This document shows, piece by piece, positions 47,757-59,899 of a DNA stretch of 64,000 bases (position 1 is its first letter; every line of letters begins with the position of its first letter). The notes under the pieces were generated by a model, which made no database searches, was not told the DNA's origin, and saw only the letters and a program-made list of their open reading frames with translations. Where the stretch lies: positions 282,968,001-283,032,000 of the forward strand of contig OZ024741.1 in the NCBI GenBank assembly GCA_964016885.1. The letters run 5' to 3'. The DNA comes from Eledone cirrhosa (taxonomy: Eukaryota). The position numbers were made by a program, and so were the translations under genes.

Positions 47757-50148
47757 ATCATCATCATCATCATCATCATCATCAACGTTTAACGTCCGTG
47801 TTCCACGCTTGCATGGGTTTGGACGGGGGTAGTCCCACTTGAGGCAAGAGTGATTGTCTTGCTCGCATAGGACTGTCTGGCAGGTTTTCTACAGTTGGAT
47901 GCCCTTCCTAACACCAACCACATTTACAGTGTGGGTCTGGGAGGTTTTTACCGTGTTGCCTACATGGCCACATTACAGCGTGGACTGTGTGTTTTTTTGT
48001 CGTGACACCTACACGATCTCATTTGTTTCGGCCTGGATGGTGTGGCACCAACATAACTTTACATAGAACGGGGTGGTGTGGATGGGGTGGGGGTGGTGGG
48101 ACTGGAGGGGGGGGGGGGTTATTTTGTTAGAGATGCCTACTGGCTGTAGTAGGTTTTACTTTGTATTTAGGTAAGGCGGGTCTTCTCTGTTACTGAGTAC
48201 CGCCAAAGGTTTCGGTCCAGTGACATTGTCTTGGAGAGGTGTAAGTGTGTGAGGTCGGAGTTTATCAGCTCGTCCCAGGTTTTTCTAGGTCTGCCTATTC
48301 CGTGGCTACCGTCTATCTTTATTGCCCTGCACTTTGTTATACAGCTATCGACTTTCATGCGCATCACGTGTCCATACCAACGTAGCCTTCTCTCGAGTAA
48401 ACAACATCTGATCCCTCTTATTTCTAATTTTTTCCTTAGTTCGTTTATGCTTTGCCGTTCATGTATATTACTGTTACACATCCAGCAGAGCATGCAAGCT
48501 TCGTTCCTCTCTAGTCTGCGTATATCCTCTGCACACAATGCCCAGGTCTCACTGCCATGCAACATTGCTGTTCGTATGCAGGCATCGTACAACCTGCCTT
48601 TCATTTTTAGGGAGAACCCTTTAGCAGCTAATAGTGGTATAAGCTCTCTGAACTTTTTCCAACCAGTTCTGACTCTAGCTACTGTACTTTCAGAGCACCC
48701 TCCCCCACTGCTGATTTTATCACCCAGGTAACGGAAACTGTCCACTATTTCTATAGAACCCTCTGCGCAATTGAAAGAGCTAGTATTTTGTGGGCACTTG
48801 CTGCTACTTATTGCACCAGAGCACCGGCCACATGTAAAATCTAGGTTCTTAGTTAGCTTACCTGTGATCCCACTACATCTTTTATGCACCCATACTTTAC
48901 ATTTAGGACATAAAATGGAGTTTCTACCTATGCCTTTCCTACACACCGAGCACGACCATTTCCCAGAAGGGACCGCTGCCTTATTTTCTTTCCTACAAAC
49001 TAGAACTTTAGTCTTAGCCAGGTTAATTTTAAGGCCTTTTGATTCTAGGCCGTGCTTCCATGTTTGGAATTTCTTCTCTAGCTCGGCCATTGATTCCGCT
49101 ATGAGTGTCAGGTCGTCTGCGTATAGGAGTTCCCATGGGCAGCCGGTCTTGAACTCCTCTGTTATAGCCTGAAGGGCAATAATAAATAGTAGGGGGCTGA
49201 GAACAGAGCCCTGATGGACGCCAACTTTTACGCTAAACTCTTCACTATATTCGTTGTTAATTCTAACCTTGCTGACTGTTTCTTTATACATGGCTTGTAT
49301 AGCTCTCACAAGCCATTCGTCAACGCCTAGTTTTCTAAGAGCCCACCAGATAATGGAGCGGGGGACTCTGTCGAAGGCTTTCTCCAAGTCGACAAAAGCT
49401 AAGTAGAGGGGTTTACCTTTAGCTAGGTACTTCTCCTGTAGTTGTCGTACAATGAAAAGAGCGTCTGTGGTACTTTTGCCTGACACAAACCCGAACTGCA
49501 TTTCATCTAGGTCAATTCTCTCTCTGATTAGTTGTGCTATTACTTTTTCCGTGACCTTCATGACCTGGTCGATTAATTTAATGCCTCTATAGTTACTCCT
49601 ATCTAGGGCGTCTCCTTTACCCTTATAACAGTTAACGATGATGCTGCTATGCCAGTCCTTCGGAACAACCCCATTCTGTACGACTTGGTTAACTATGCGG
49701 GTGACCATGGTGTGTCCCACCGTGCCAGATGCCTTCAGCATCTCAGCAACTATTTCCGAAGGCCCAGCCGCCTTACCCGTCTTCATATCCTTGATTGCCT
49801 TACTTATTATACTCCCCTCGACTAACACTGCTGGTCCCTCTATTGGGTCGATATGGGGGAGACTGTCTTTCTCCCATTTATTCTCCTCATTTAGTAGCCT
49901 TTCATAGTGACACTTCCAAGCTACCTTCTTATCAGCGTCGGTGATGGCAAGTGTACCATCATCGTTTAGTACACACTTCTCCCCGACAATATCACGGTTT
50001 TCCTTGATGCATTGCCTAGCAATCCTGAACACCTCACGTTTTTGGTCATCGCGTTGTAGAACATGCTTGAACTTTCTTTCCTCCGCTTCCCTTCTTGCTA
50101 AGTACACTTGTCTCCTAGCTTCCCTCCTGGCCACTTGATAGTCTTCTC
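47757..50148 (-). mobile_element. 5'-truncated RTE LINE
   Basis: (CAT)n tail, 3' UTR shared with 7081-7690, intact RT ORF. Confidence 0.92.
48167..50134 (-). CDS. RTE LINE reverse transcriptase ORF with internal PHD-type finger
   Basis: Uninterrupted 655-aa frame collinear with 1724-3760; LLYADD; CSVC...CPKC....HKRC...CGRC at 48821-48952. Confidence 0.92.
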   Translation of the reverse strand: MARREARRQVYLARREAEERKFKHVLQRDDQKREVFRIARQCIKENRDIVGEKCVLNDDGTLAITDADKKVAWKCHYERLLNEENKWEKDSLPHIDPIEGPAVLVEGSIISKAIKDMKTGKAAGPSEIVAEMLKASGTVGHTMVTRIVNQVVQNGVVPKDWHSSIIVNCYKGKGDALDRSNYRGIKLIDQVMKVTEKVIAQLIRERIDLDEMQFGFVSGKSTTDALFIVRQLQEKYLAKGKPLYLAFVDLEKAFDRVPRSIIWWALRKLGVDEWLVRAIQAMYKETVSKVRINNEYSEEFSVKVGVHQGSVLSPLLFIIALQAITEEFKTGCPWELLYADDLTLIAESMAELEKKFQTWKHGLESKGLKINLAKTKVLVCRKENKAAVPSGKWSCSVCRKGIGRNSILCPKCKVWVHKRCSGITGKLTKNLDFTCGRCSGAISSSKCPQNTSSFNCAEGSIEIVDSFRYLGDKISSGGGCSESTVARVRTGWKKFRELIPLLAAKGFSLKMKGRLYDACIRTAMLHGSETWALCAEDIRRLERNEACMLCWMCNSNIHERQSINELRKKLEIRGIRCCLLERRLRWYGHVMRMKVDSCITKCRAIKIDGSHGIGRPRKTWDELINSDLTHLHLSKTMSLDRNLWRYSVTEKTRLT

Positions 50149-51479
50149 TACATTTAGCATATTATATTAAACTGAACAAACATATGTCAACACAGAATAT
50201 TTCCTCTAGCTTTGGTTTATTATTCAGTTCTGGCCTGTTTCACTACCTTTTTCCAACAGGAGTAATATATAGTTAATTAACAAACAAAACTACAAAAATC
50301 TAAATTGACTAATATCTAAGTCGTATTTATTACTCAACCAAATTCTTATTCAGAATATATTTTCAGAACTTGCTCTGCAACTTAAAATCATTTGACGTAA
50401 TTATGTACATATCAAACAGGTGTGAGCTCAGAACAGCTTTTTGTTTTAGACGGAAAGAATACACAAAAAACCACATCCTTCTTAAGAAAGCAGGTAACAA
50501 ATGTCTTTGAAAAGATTCACATGTGTTCATTAATTGCTTTTATTTTCTGTTTTCATTCAGTTATGTTTTGATAGTAATGACATTTTATCATCAACCAAGA
50601 AAAATTAAAAGAATAAAAGCAAAAATAAAAAAAGAAATATCAGAAAAGGGGCGATATTCTCACGCTTCAAATATTTTCTCAAGACAACCTTTCTCACACT
50701 ATTGTTGAAAGCAAAAACAATAGTTTTGCTTATGTCATACGTAGTTTGGGAAGTGCAAAATTTAAGTGATCTAACTTTTGAAAATGTTTAAGTGCTTAAA
50801 TACTTTTTCTAAAACAAACAAAAAAGGAAAATAAAGATTCCTCAACTCCTGAGTTGTAGGGGTGCTGTAGTGACATATGGTATGTCTTGGACATTTTAAA
50901 CATGACGGAGCCCATCCCTGTTCAGGTCTGAATACAGCTGATTTCTTTGAGCAAGCGATAGAGATGAAGAAAGATAGAAGAATTAACCCCAGTTCTGAAC
51001 TTGTACTTTATATATCAACCTCAAAAGGATGAAAGGCAAAGTTAACTTCAGCAGAATTTGAACTCAGAGTCAAAACAAATACCAAGGCATTTTTAATCTA
51101 ATGCCATAACAGCTCTGATAATTTGTTCTATTAGATTTTTAAGTCTTGTATTTATAAAGAAATACAAGGCTTAAATATGATTGAACTGTAACTACATTTT
51201 TACATTTTTTAACAAAGTTTGATGTACCTAGAATAAGTACTCATATGGAGCTAGACAAACATGTGGGAAGCTGGTGGACATTGAGAGCTAGTGTTGTAAA
51301 ATGGTTGGCATTAGGAAGGGTATCCAACCATAGAAAACCAAGCCAAGCACAGAGTTTACGAGCAAGATGTAATCACCTGACTTGTCTAGCCTCAGTGTGT
51401 GATAGCACGTCTAACCCATGCAAGCATAAAAAATAATCATTAAACAGTGGTGATGATTATGTATGTATGTATGTATGTG

Positions 51480-53750
51480 CTGATATTATTGTTGTGTGAG
51501 ACACGTTCTGACAGGAGTGACTGGACCTTCAAGCAGATCAAGGCACGTGTGCAACATCGATTGAGAGACATGCAGGATACCTGGTGGAGAAAAAAGGCTG
51601 ATGAAATCCAGAAAGCTTCAGATAGACATGATACAAAGCTCTTATACAATCTGCTCAGGGAGGTGTATGGTCCAGCCACAAATATCACCACTTTGCTCCA
51701 GGGATGGCAAGAAATTGCTCAGAGATCTGAAGGAAATCCTGATCAGGTGGCATGACCACTTTGATGAGCTCCTCAACAGACCATCATAAATCGATGATGA
51801 GTTCATCTGGTCGATTCCATCCAGCCCTACAAAGCTAGCAATGGCTGATCCTCCTTCATTTGATGAGGTGGCGAAGACCATTGCCAAATTAAACAGCGGC
51901 AAGTCACCTGGAATGGATGGACTGAGTGTTGAGATCTTCAAGTGTGCTGGTGTTAACTTCAGGATTGGAAGGATGCATTGATGGTGGTACTTTATAAAGG
52001 AAAGGGAGCCAAAGATGACTGTGGCAACTCCAGAGGTATTTCACTGCTATCTGTGGCTGGGAAGATGTGCAGGATTTTGTTGGACAGATTGATACAGCAC
52101 ATTGCTGTTGAGGTACTTCCTGAGTCCCAATGTGACTTTAGGAATGGCAAAAACACTGTAGATATGATCTTCTCGGCCAAACAACTTCAAAATAAATGCA
52201 TTAAGCAGTGCATGGACTTATACCAAGTTTTGTTGATCTGACCAAGGCATTTGACACCGTTAATCGGAAGGCTTTGTGGGTTATTTTCGAGAGATTGGGT
52301 TGTCCTGAAAAGTTTGTGAACATACTGAAACTCTTCCATGATGACATGCAGGCATGGGTAAATATTGGAGGTAAACTGGCTGAGCCAATCTCGGTTGAAA
52401 ATGGTGTCAAGCAAGGTTATATACCTGCACCAACTTTGTTTGCCTTGTATTTCGCAATGATGTTCTTCATGGCCTTCAAGGATTGTCAACACGCTATCTA
52501 TCTCAGATATCGCACTTCCGGCAAGCTGTTTAACCTCAGGTGTCTCACTGCCAACACTAAGGTACTGAGTACCTTGATCAGAGAATTTCTGTATGCAAAT
52601 GATTGTGATCTCTTTGCACACTCTCAGAGTGACATGCAATACCTTATGAATTCTTTTTCCAATGCGTGCAGTGCTTTGGGACTGACAATCACTCTGAAGA
52701 AGACTGTCGTCATGTACCAACCTGCTCCGGATAAAGTTTTCAATGAACCCTCCATATACATATACAGTCAAAAGCTGAAGGCTGCTGACAGATTTGTGTA
52801 TTTGGGGAGTACTCTGAGTGTGACCTGCTCTCTGGATGCAGAAGTTGGTCTACGTTTTAGTAAGGCAAGTGTGTCATTTGGAAGGCTTAGCAACTGTCTT
52901 TGGTGCAAGCGAGGAATCACAATGAAGACCAAGGTCAGAATGTATGCTGCATGTGTACTGTCAGTTTTGCTGTATGCGTGTGAGACATGGGTTGCCTACA
53001 AATGGCATATCCAAAGACTTGAATGGTTTCACCAGCAGTGTCTCAGAAAGATACTCGGTATCAAGTGGCAGATTTATGTGAATGATGTTGAGGTACTTGA
53101 GAGAAGTGAATGTCGGAGCATTGAGAGTATCATCCACCAACAGTGTTTGCGATGGACCGGACACCTCTGAAGAATGGAGGATGATCGAATCCCAAAACAA
53201 CTCTTGTATGGCGAGCTTTGTGAGGGTAAGAGACCACCTCACAAGCCAAGGCTCCAATTCAAGGATTGTGTAAAGAACTCATTGAAAAAAAATGGTTTGA
53301 TGATGGCTGACTGGGAGATAGAAGTTCTTGAAAGAGAAACTTGGCGTGAAATGGTGAACGATGGGTCCATAATTTTGAGGACAGGCGCATAGAGCACAAG
53401 AAGATCAAATGGGATGTATGTAAGCAATACCCTGGTGTATCTCTCGAAACGATCGGTATCTCCATTGAATTGAAGTGCCCTGAGTGTAGAAAAATTTGTT
53501 TGAGCAAATCTGGTCTCAGGAGCCACAGTCACAGCCATGTTCAAAGAGAACCAGTGAACTATGATCTCCACGGTATTGTGAAGGTTCACAAGCAACCTGA
53601 TGCAAGACCTGAAACCAGGGAGATCCATAGTTGTCGTCAGTGTGTGAAGGAGTGCAAATCTCTAGCAGGCTTGAAAAGCCATATCCGAGCGTCACACATC
53701 TGAATCTGACAAGCGATAGCAATACTCTCAGCAGAGTTTGCAGCCATCAT
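51480..53750 (+). mobile_element. RTE-BovB-like LINE, 5'-truncated, with two C-terminal C2H2 fingers, flanked by (TATG)n
   Basis: FVDLTKAFDTV, GVKQG, FLYAND, FVYLGS, LRWTGHL, PKQLLYGEL; CPEC...HSHSH and CRQC...HIRASH. Confidence 0.9.
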
Positions 53751-53999
53751 GTATGTATGTTATTCTGGTTTTATAATGTCACATATGTTTGCCAATAGAG
53801 AGAGAGTCAGTTTCTAACATAGATACAAGCTCTCTCATTGGAATTTACACAACATCAACTAGGTAGATATGTATGCATGTCTGCATGCATGCATGTATGT
53901 GCAGGTATGGATGTTATTGTATGTGTGGATGTGGATGTTTTGAGATATATGTGTGCATGTGTATATGCTTTGTATCTGTACAAGTGTATATGCAGTTAT

Positions 54000-54325
54000 T
54001 AGATGCAGAATCTTTGGAATGTTTTACATATTTTTACTGTTACATTAATGGATTGTACTTGTAATTTCCTAACTATTCGTGTTCTCTCTGTTTCTGTGAA
54101 GCCCAGCTTCTCAAGATTCTTTAAGACAGTTACTAACATATCCCAGTGCCCCAATAATCACAGGGATAAATCTGAAGGTATAATCAGGGTGGAGTATCTG
54201 CAGGTTTCTCATTAGTTTTGCATAGATATTCTCCTTTTCGCTAATCTTTGATATTATATTGGCATCTGCTGGGCAGATAACTTCCACTACTGTGCATGCC
54301 TTCTTTTCCCTGTCCCATATCATTA
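54000..54325 (-). mobile_element. 3' fragment of a REL-endonuclease non-LTR element (R4/NeSL-like)
   Basis: MIWDREKKACTVVEVICP...K.SEKENIY..L...FIPVIIGALG fits the restriction-like endonuclease C-terminus. Confidence 0.75.
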
Positions 54326-55614
54326 CATATGTATGTATGTACGTATGTATGTATATATGTATGTATGTATGTATTCCCATATTGGTCATTCAGGTGGTCA
54401 CCAGCATTGACTTGTGGCAGAGGGCATTGCCCTGGTGAAATCACCACTCTTCACTGCTGTAGCCTCTTCTTCCTCATCCTCTCTTCAAACTTTTTCAGAC
54501 CTTCAAGGAAATACTTATTGATAGTTTGACCTCAGGAACCCATTCAATTGGAATTAGCCCCTGGGAGTCGAAGAAAGGAATGCCTATGGCCTTCTCTTGC
54601 AACCTGCTCATCTTTGCATTCATGGACCTGGAGGAGGACACACAGCATTCTGATGTTTGCTCTCAGGGTCATAGGGGAATACCCAACTCTTGTCACAAGT
54701 CATTGCTTTATTCAGGAAACCAGAATCAGCCTCCATCATATCAATAATGTCAGTACAACTTTCCATATGAAACTACCTCTGGTTATCAGAGAAGATTTTT
54801 GGCCCAGTCTTTGTGGAGCTCCATATCTTTGGTCAGAATTGTCTCCACTGTGTCAATACTAATACCAACAGCTTCAGATATCATCCTCACAGTAGCTCAA
54901 TGGTTTTGCATCACTAACCTTCGCACTTCTTCAATGTTTTTCTCCTTTCTTGTGCCGTTTGGTGCTCTAGATCTGCGTTTATCTACTGGTATTTCCTGGC
55001 ATTTCTTCCATTGGTCATTGTCTATGTGCATCACATGTCCATACCAATGCAATTTTCTCTCCTGTACACCACCTCGAATTCTCCTTAAACCCAGCTTCTC
55101 CCTCAGCTAATCTAAGCCTGCCTTTCTCTCACACATTGCACAATCAGCAAAGCATGGTTGCTTCATTTCTCTCCAGTCTACGCATGTCTTCTACCGTCAT
55201 AGCCCATGTTTCACTACTATGCAGCATCGCACTTCGCACACAAGTATCATACTGTCATCCTTTTGTATGTAGGGAGAAATCTTTTGTTGTCAACAGTGGA
55301 AGTAGCTCTTTAAACTTCTTGTCATATCTGTGGTTAGAAAAAGCTATCTCACTTACTGCTTTTCATAGGCGCCACTAAATCCCATGGCTGTTTCTCCTCT
55401 TCCACGTGTGTACGATCCAACTCATTAACACCAGGAGCTGCCAAACTCGCGTCCACCACATTCCTGATCACCGCTAGAGAGAGGCCGACCTGCTGGCCCT
55501 TCCGGTCGAGCACCCTTCCAGCCAAGCACCCTTCCAGTCAAGCACTCTTCCGGTCGAGCACTCCCCAGCTTCTGGCCACCACACACCACACCATACCCAC
55601 ACGCCCCCCTGATC

Positions 55615-58433
55615 TCAAGGATCAATTTCCCCCTCGTCCTTCTGCATATGAAAGTCTGCTGTCCAGGTTGGTCGTTTGCGACTTCTTTGCGATCTCCGCA
55701 GTGTTGGGGCGGCACTTTGGGTTTCCTCTTCCTCGGAGTCCGTTGACACAGTAATTCTATGGACATCCAGGACATGACGTGGTACTCCGTCCACGGACAC
55801 ATTGTTCTGGGAATTTACGGCCGTCACCATTCCCCTTCCCCATTGAGATGTGCAACGTGCATCTGAGGGCTTAACCCAGACTTCTTCACCCACCTGCACG
55901 AATGCATTCTCTCTCCCCACTGGCTGTTGTGGTGGCGTGCATGGGTGCCGCCACTCGTATCTGAATACTGCTCTGTGTGGCACCGATTCCTCAACCTGTC
56001 TCACCCGAGGGGACATGTTGTACCAGAACACTGCCTCCATTGGTGAAATGTGGCCCCGCTCCGCCATTGCTTTGATCATCCGGTGGTGCCACTCCACGAT
56101 TCCATTTCCGCTCGGCCTGTACGCTGCTCTGAAGAAACAGTCCACCTTTCATCCATCGAGCATCTCCCTCAGTGCCTCCGAGCAGAATGCTGCACTGTTG
56201 TCCATCAGCAGTTCGTCCACAGGGCCCCGCTCAACATCCGCATGATTTCCTCGGCCGTTCCAGTCTTCATCTCCCTCCATATCGTCATCCGTCCCGGTCC
56301 ACAGTCGACCATCGAGAGGTATGTTCCCTGTCGGTAATGTGTTACATCCACCGCCAATCACTTCCAGTCGCGATCCACCGGGAGGCTTCCCGTTTCGTGC
56401 ACACCCGGGGCGGGATCAATGGACTGACATGGACGCAGCCTCTTACCACTCTTTGAACACTGTGTCTGTTAACGTCCCAGTCGATTCTTCTGGCTAGGAA
56501 CAGAGTCCTATCCACTCCCATGTGGTGCATGTCATGCAACCCTTTCAGATCCGACTCGGTCAGCCAACACATGGCAGCTATCTCCTCTTCTACCTCTTCT
56601 GGCGCTTACATCCAGGCTTTCTTCACACTGGTTAAGTTGTCCGCCCTATTTTTCTCTGAGGGCACGAAAACTACGCTCAGCCTCAGGTCGAACTCGGTGG
56701 CCAGCTCTCCTAAAGTTCCCCAGGCGCTTTATCAGCATCACCGCTGCCCCTCTCGTTCGCACTCTCTTCTCACTGGAGAGCACTGATCTCAACCATCCAA
56801 GTATAGTAGCCGAGTCGGTGCGAATCTCACAGTCCCCACCTCAGGGCGAAGTTCACCCCTCTCAACACCGCGTCCAGCTCGGCCACATTGATGTGGTTGC
56901 AGTCGCCCTTCTTCCTAAGCCAGGCTGCATCCTCAACCTCAGCACCTCCTATCTCCAACGTGACACCCAGGCATCGCACCACACGGTCCCGCTCTGCGAT
57001 TTGGGAACATACCAGCGTCTCCGCACTGGGTCGTCGGCCTTCACCCTCTCCACGATCAACTGTATCATGGTCACCGTCCTCTTTCCCACTTTGTCACTCC
57101 AAGTCACCCCTCCCGCTCATCTCTTGACATAGCTGCATGCCGTCTGGAGCCACCCAGCAATCGGGTAGTGACCCACCAACTTTCCACACACCGAGAAAAG
57201 CTCCCGCCTACTCATACTTGGGCCCAGTTCTGGAACTTCATTTCCCCTCTGGAATATTAAGAAGCCCATCCTGTCTCGCCGTAGCCTAAGTCCCAGCGCA
57301 GCTCCTCCCTCCAATGTTTCTGACGACTTCGCAGCCAGTCCATACCCCTGTAAATGGCTCGTGACCACCGCCGCCGACACTACAGACTCGTCCACTAGGA
57401 TGTTGTCAATGTAGGAATTAGTGGCCCTCTTCATCTTGTCGGCCTTTCCCAGAATGGTCTTGAGGACTGCCGCCATGATCTTTGGTGCGGAGCTCAGCCT
57501 AAAACCGAACCTGGTCAGGCAATATGTCCGGCCCTTATACCTGACCAGCTGATACTGCCAGAGCTCCTCATCTATATGCAATTGCAAGTATGCCGACTTT
57601 ATATCTACGATTGCGTAACCCCCCCGTCATGCGTCTCCACTCACGCAGGGTTTCCACACAGACATCCATGACCTCACCACCCGTGTGGCATGACACGTGC
57701 TCGTTCAGCTCCCGAAAGTCCAGTACCGGCCTCACCTTGTTCTTCGTGGGTTGCGCCACTGTCATTAACGGCAATACTCCGCACTTCACCTCCTCTTTCA
57801 GGGAAGCAGTATGCCCTCCTCAATCCATCTCTCTACCTCTCGCTTGAACTCGCTCCTAATGTCTCCCTTCAATGTGTGTTGATAGCAGCCCACTTTGGTC
57901 TTCAGTGTTGGTGGTTCTCCCTTCCAGTACCACTCAACAAGCCATCGCTGCCCATCGAACACGGCCTTGAAGTCTTTGTCCTGCACAGTGTAAGCGGGGT
58001 ATTTCTCCTCGTGGGCCTTCTGGTTCTCCTGTCGCGTACTTACTGCGCATACTGATGCGGCGGCGCCAAACGACACACCGACGTTGTTCACTGTGACGAC
58101 TCCTAGATGGCCAATTACGTCCATGCCCATAACCACGCTGATCCCATCCACCACGTTGTCAACTACGATGGCAGAAAGCCTTATTTTCCTTCCCCGTACC
58201 GCCATCTCCACCTCGCTGCGACCTCGGCATTCAATTTTCCTACCGTCGAGTGCCCTTATGCTGCTCTTCCCTCTCCACCTCTGCGCCACCCCCGCGGTCA
58301 CTAGTGTCGTCGTACAGCCCGTGTCCACGAGGGCTCTCTGTGGCTTTCCCCTCACGGAAACTTCCACCACAGGCAGCGCCTCTACTCATAAGGGGCAACT
58401 ACCGGAGCAGTAGTTCCCCTTGGATTGTTTCCC
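55615..58433 (-). pseudogene. Pol (PR-RT-RH-IN), frameshifted, RT catalytic site YIDN
   Basis: ALVDTG, RPVLDFRELN, LTRFGF.LSSAP, YIDNIL, SEKNRAD.L, H..HH.GVDRT, MDNSAAF, SGNGIVE.HHR. Confidence 0.88.
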
Positions 58434-59146
58434 TGGTCGCAGTTAGTAGCGATATGGCCTGGTCGCTTACACCGGTAGCATATTATTTCCGGCCTTGACT
58501 CTCTACAGTCTCTCGCCATGTGCGGACCCTGGCACCTAAAACAGCGACCTCTAAACGTTCGCAGGCGACCGCGTACCGTGGTTGCCTCCCTTTCACCATT
58601 TCGCTGCCAGCTGCATTGGGCCTCTGTAGTTGCTATCGCTGCGACACTCTTCTTGGCATCTTCTGCTATGATGCGGGCTTGCTCCACCAGTGCACGCATC
58701 TCCATTTCTTTGTAACCCGGGACCTGCTGTAGTTTCACCACTATGTCGTCTGGAAATCCATTTATGAATGCCAACCGCACCATGCGTTCGCATTCCACCT
58801 GATATCCAGCCAACATGGCCAGTCGCCGTATTTCCGCTGCGAAAATGTCAACGCGTTCACCATTCCATCTAATTCTTGCCAGCTTAGCAAAAGCGGCTAA
58901 CGGTCCCTCCGCGAACGCTTCCATCATGCGCCTCTCGATCTTTTGCGCATCCCTTTGGCTGTGTTCATCCATTTCAAGGAAGAGTACCAATGCGTCCCCC
59001 TCGAGGTACAGTGCCATGAGGCCATCCACATCTTCAATCTTCTGTAAGCTTGCGACCAGCCGGACTTTTCGCATCCAAGCGACAATATCGCCTTCTCCGG
59101 TAAATACCCTAATCGCTTCGCTCATTCGTAGTTTCATCGCCATCCT
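58382..59146 (-). CDS. Gag with two zinc knuckles
   Basis: Open frame from MAMKLRMSE; CFRCQGPHMARDC and CYRCKRPGHIATNC. Confidence 0.88.
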   Translation of the reverse strand, partial: RMAMKLRMSEAIRVFTGEGDIVAWMRKVRLVASLQKIEDVDGLMALYLEGDALVLFLEMDEHSQRDAQKIERRMMEAFAEGPLAAFAKLARIRWNGERVDIFAAEIRRLAMLAGYQVECERMVRLAFINGFPDDIVVKLQQVPGYKEMEMRALVEQARIIAEDAKKSVAAIATTEAQCSWQRNGEREATTVRGRLRTFRGRCFRCQGPHMARDCRESRPEIICYRCKRPGHIATNCDQGNNPRGTTAPVVAPYE

Positions 59147-59269
59147 AATTTGTCTTGCGGTACGTAATACAAAAAAAAACAACAGACTCCTCTCTGTTTT
59201 TCCAGTAGCTTTGTTTTCAAGAAAGTTTTTTTTTAATTTTTTTTTAAAAATCAGATCTCAGTTTCCAGT

Positions 59270-59281
59270 GCCGAAATAGCT
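59270..59281 (-). promoter_or_regulatory. Non-canonical primer binding site complementary to tRNA-Phe nt 1-12
   Basis: Element-sense AGCTATTTCGGC directly after the 5' LTR; its complement GCCGAAATAGCT is the recalled 5' end of metazoan tRNA-Phe(GAA). Confidence 0.7.
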
Positions 59282-59899
59282 TGTGGTTAGAAAAAACTAT
59301 CTCACTTACCGCTTTTCATAGGCGCCTCTAAATCCCATGGCTGGTTTCTCCTCTTCGACGTGCGTTCAATCCAACTCATTAACACCGGGAGCTGCCAAAC
59401 TCGCGTCCACCACGTTCCTGATCACCGCTAGAGAGAGGCCAACCTGCTGGTCCTTCCCGTCAAGCACCCTTCCATCCAAGAACCCTTCCAGTCAAGCACT
59501 CTTCCAGTCGAGCACTCCCCAGCTTCCGGTCACCGCACACCACACCATACCCACAATATCTTTATTCTAGCTATTATGCTCTGAGAAAACCTTCCTCTGC
59601 TGCTAATTAAGTCACCTCAGTAGCAGAAATTGTCAACCACTTCTGTGGACCCTTGCCGTGGCTGGAAAAGGTTTATATCACTGGCACTCTTCCTTTCTTA
59701 CTCCTGTGTGTTTTCTACATACAAAGTTCTCCTTTCCCGTTAGTCTACTCATTATCCCATTACATCTTTTGTGTACCCAAGATTTACATTGTGTACATTG
59801 TATCGAGTTTATGCCTACTCCTTTTCTACATATTGAGCAGGGCTACTTCCCTGAAGGAATCTGCACCCTATCTTCTCTCCTAGAACCTGTCCTGGGAGG

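Larger units (their letters stand above)
55329..59555 (-). mobile_element. Compact (4.2 kb) LTR retrotransposon inserted in an older RTE fragment
   Basis: LTRs 59282-59555 (5') and 55329-55601 (3'), TGTGG...CCACA ends, about 19 substitutions and 1 indel by eye; TSD ATATC 55324-55328 and 59556-59560; purine tract before the 3' LTR; RTE sequence continues on both sides. Confidence 0.96.
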
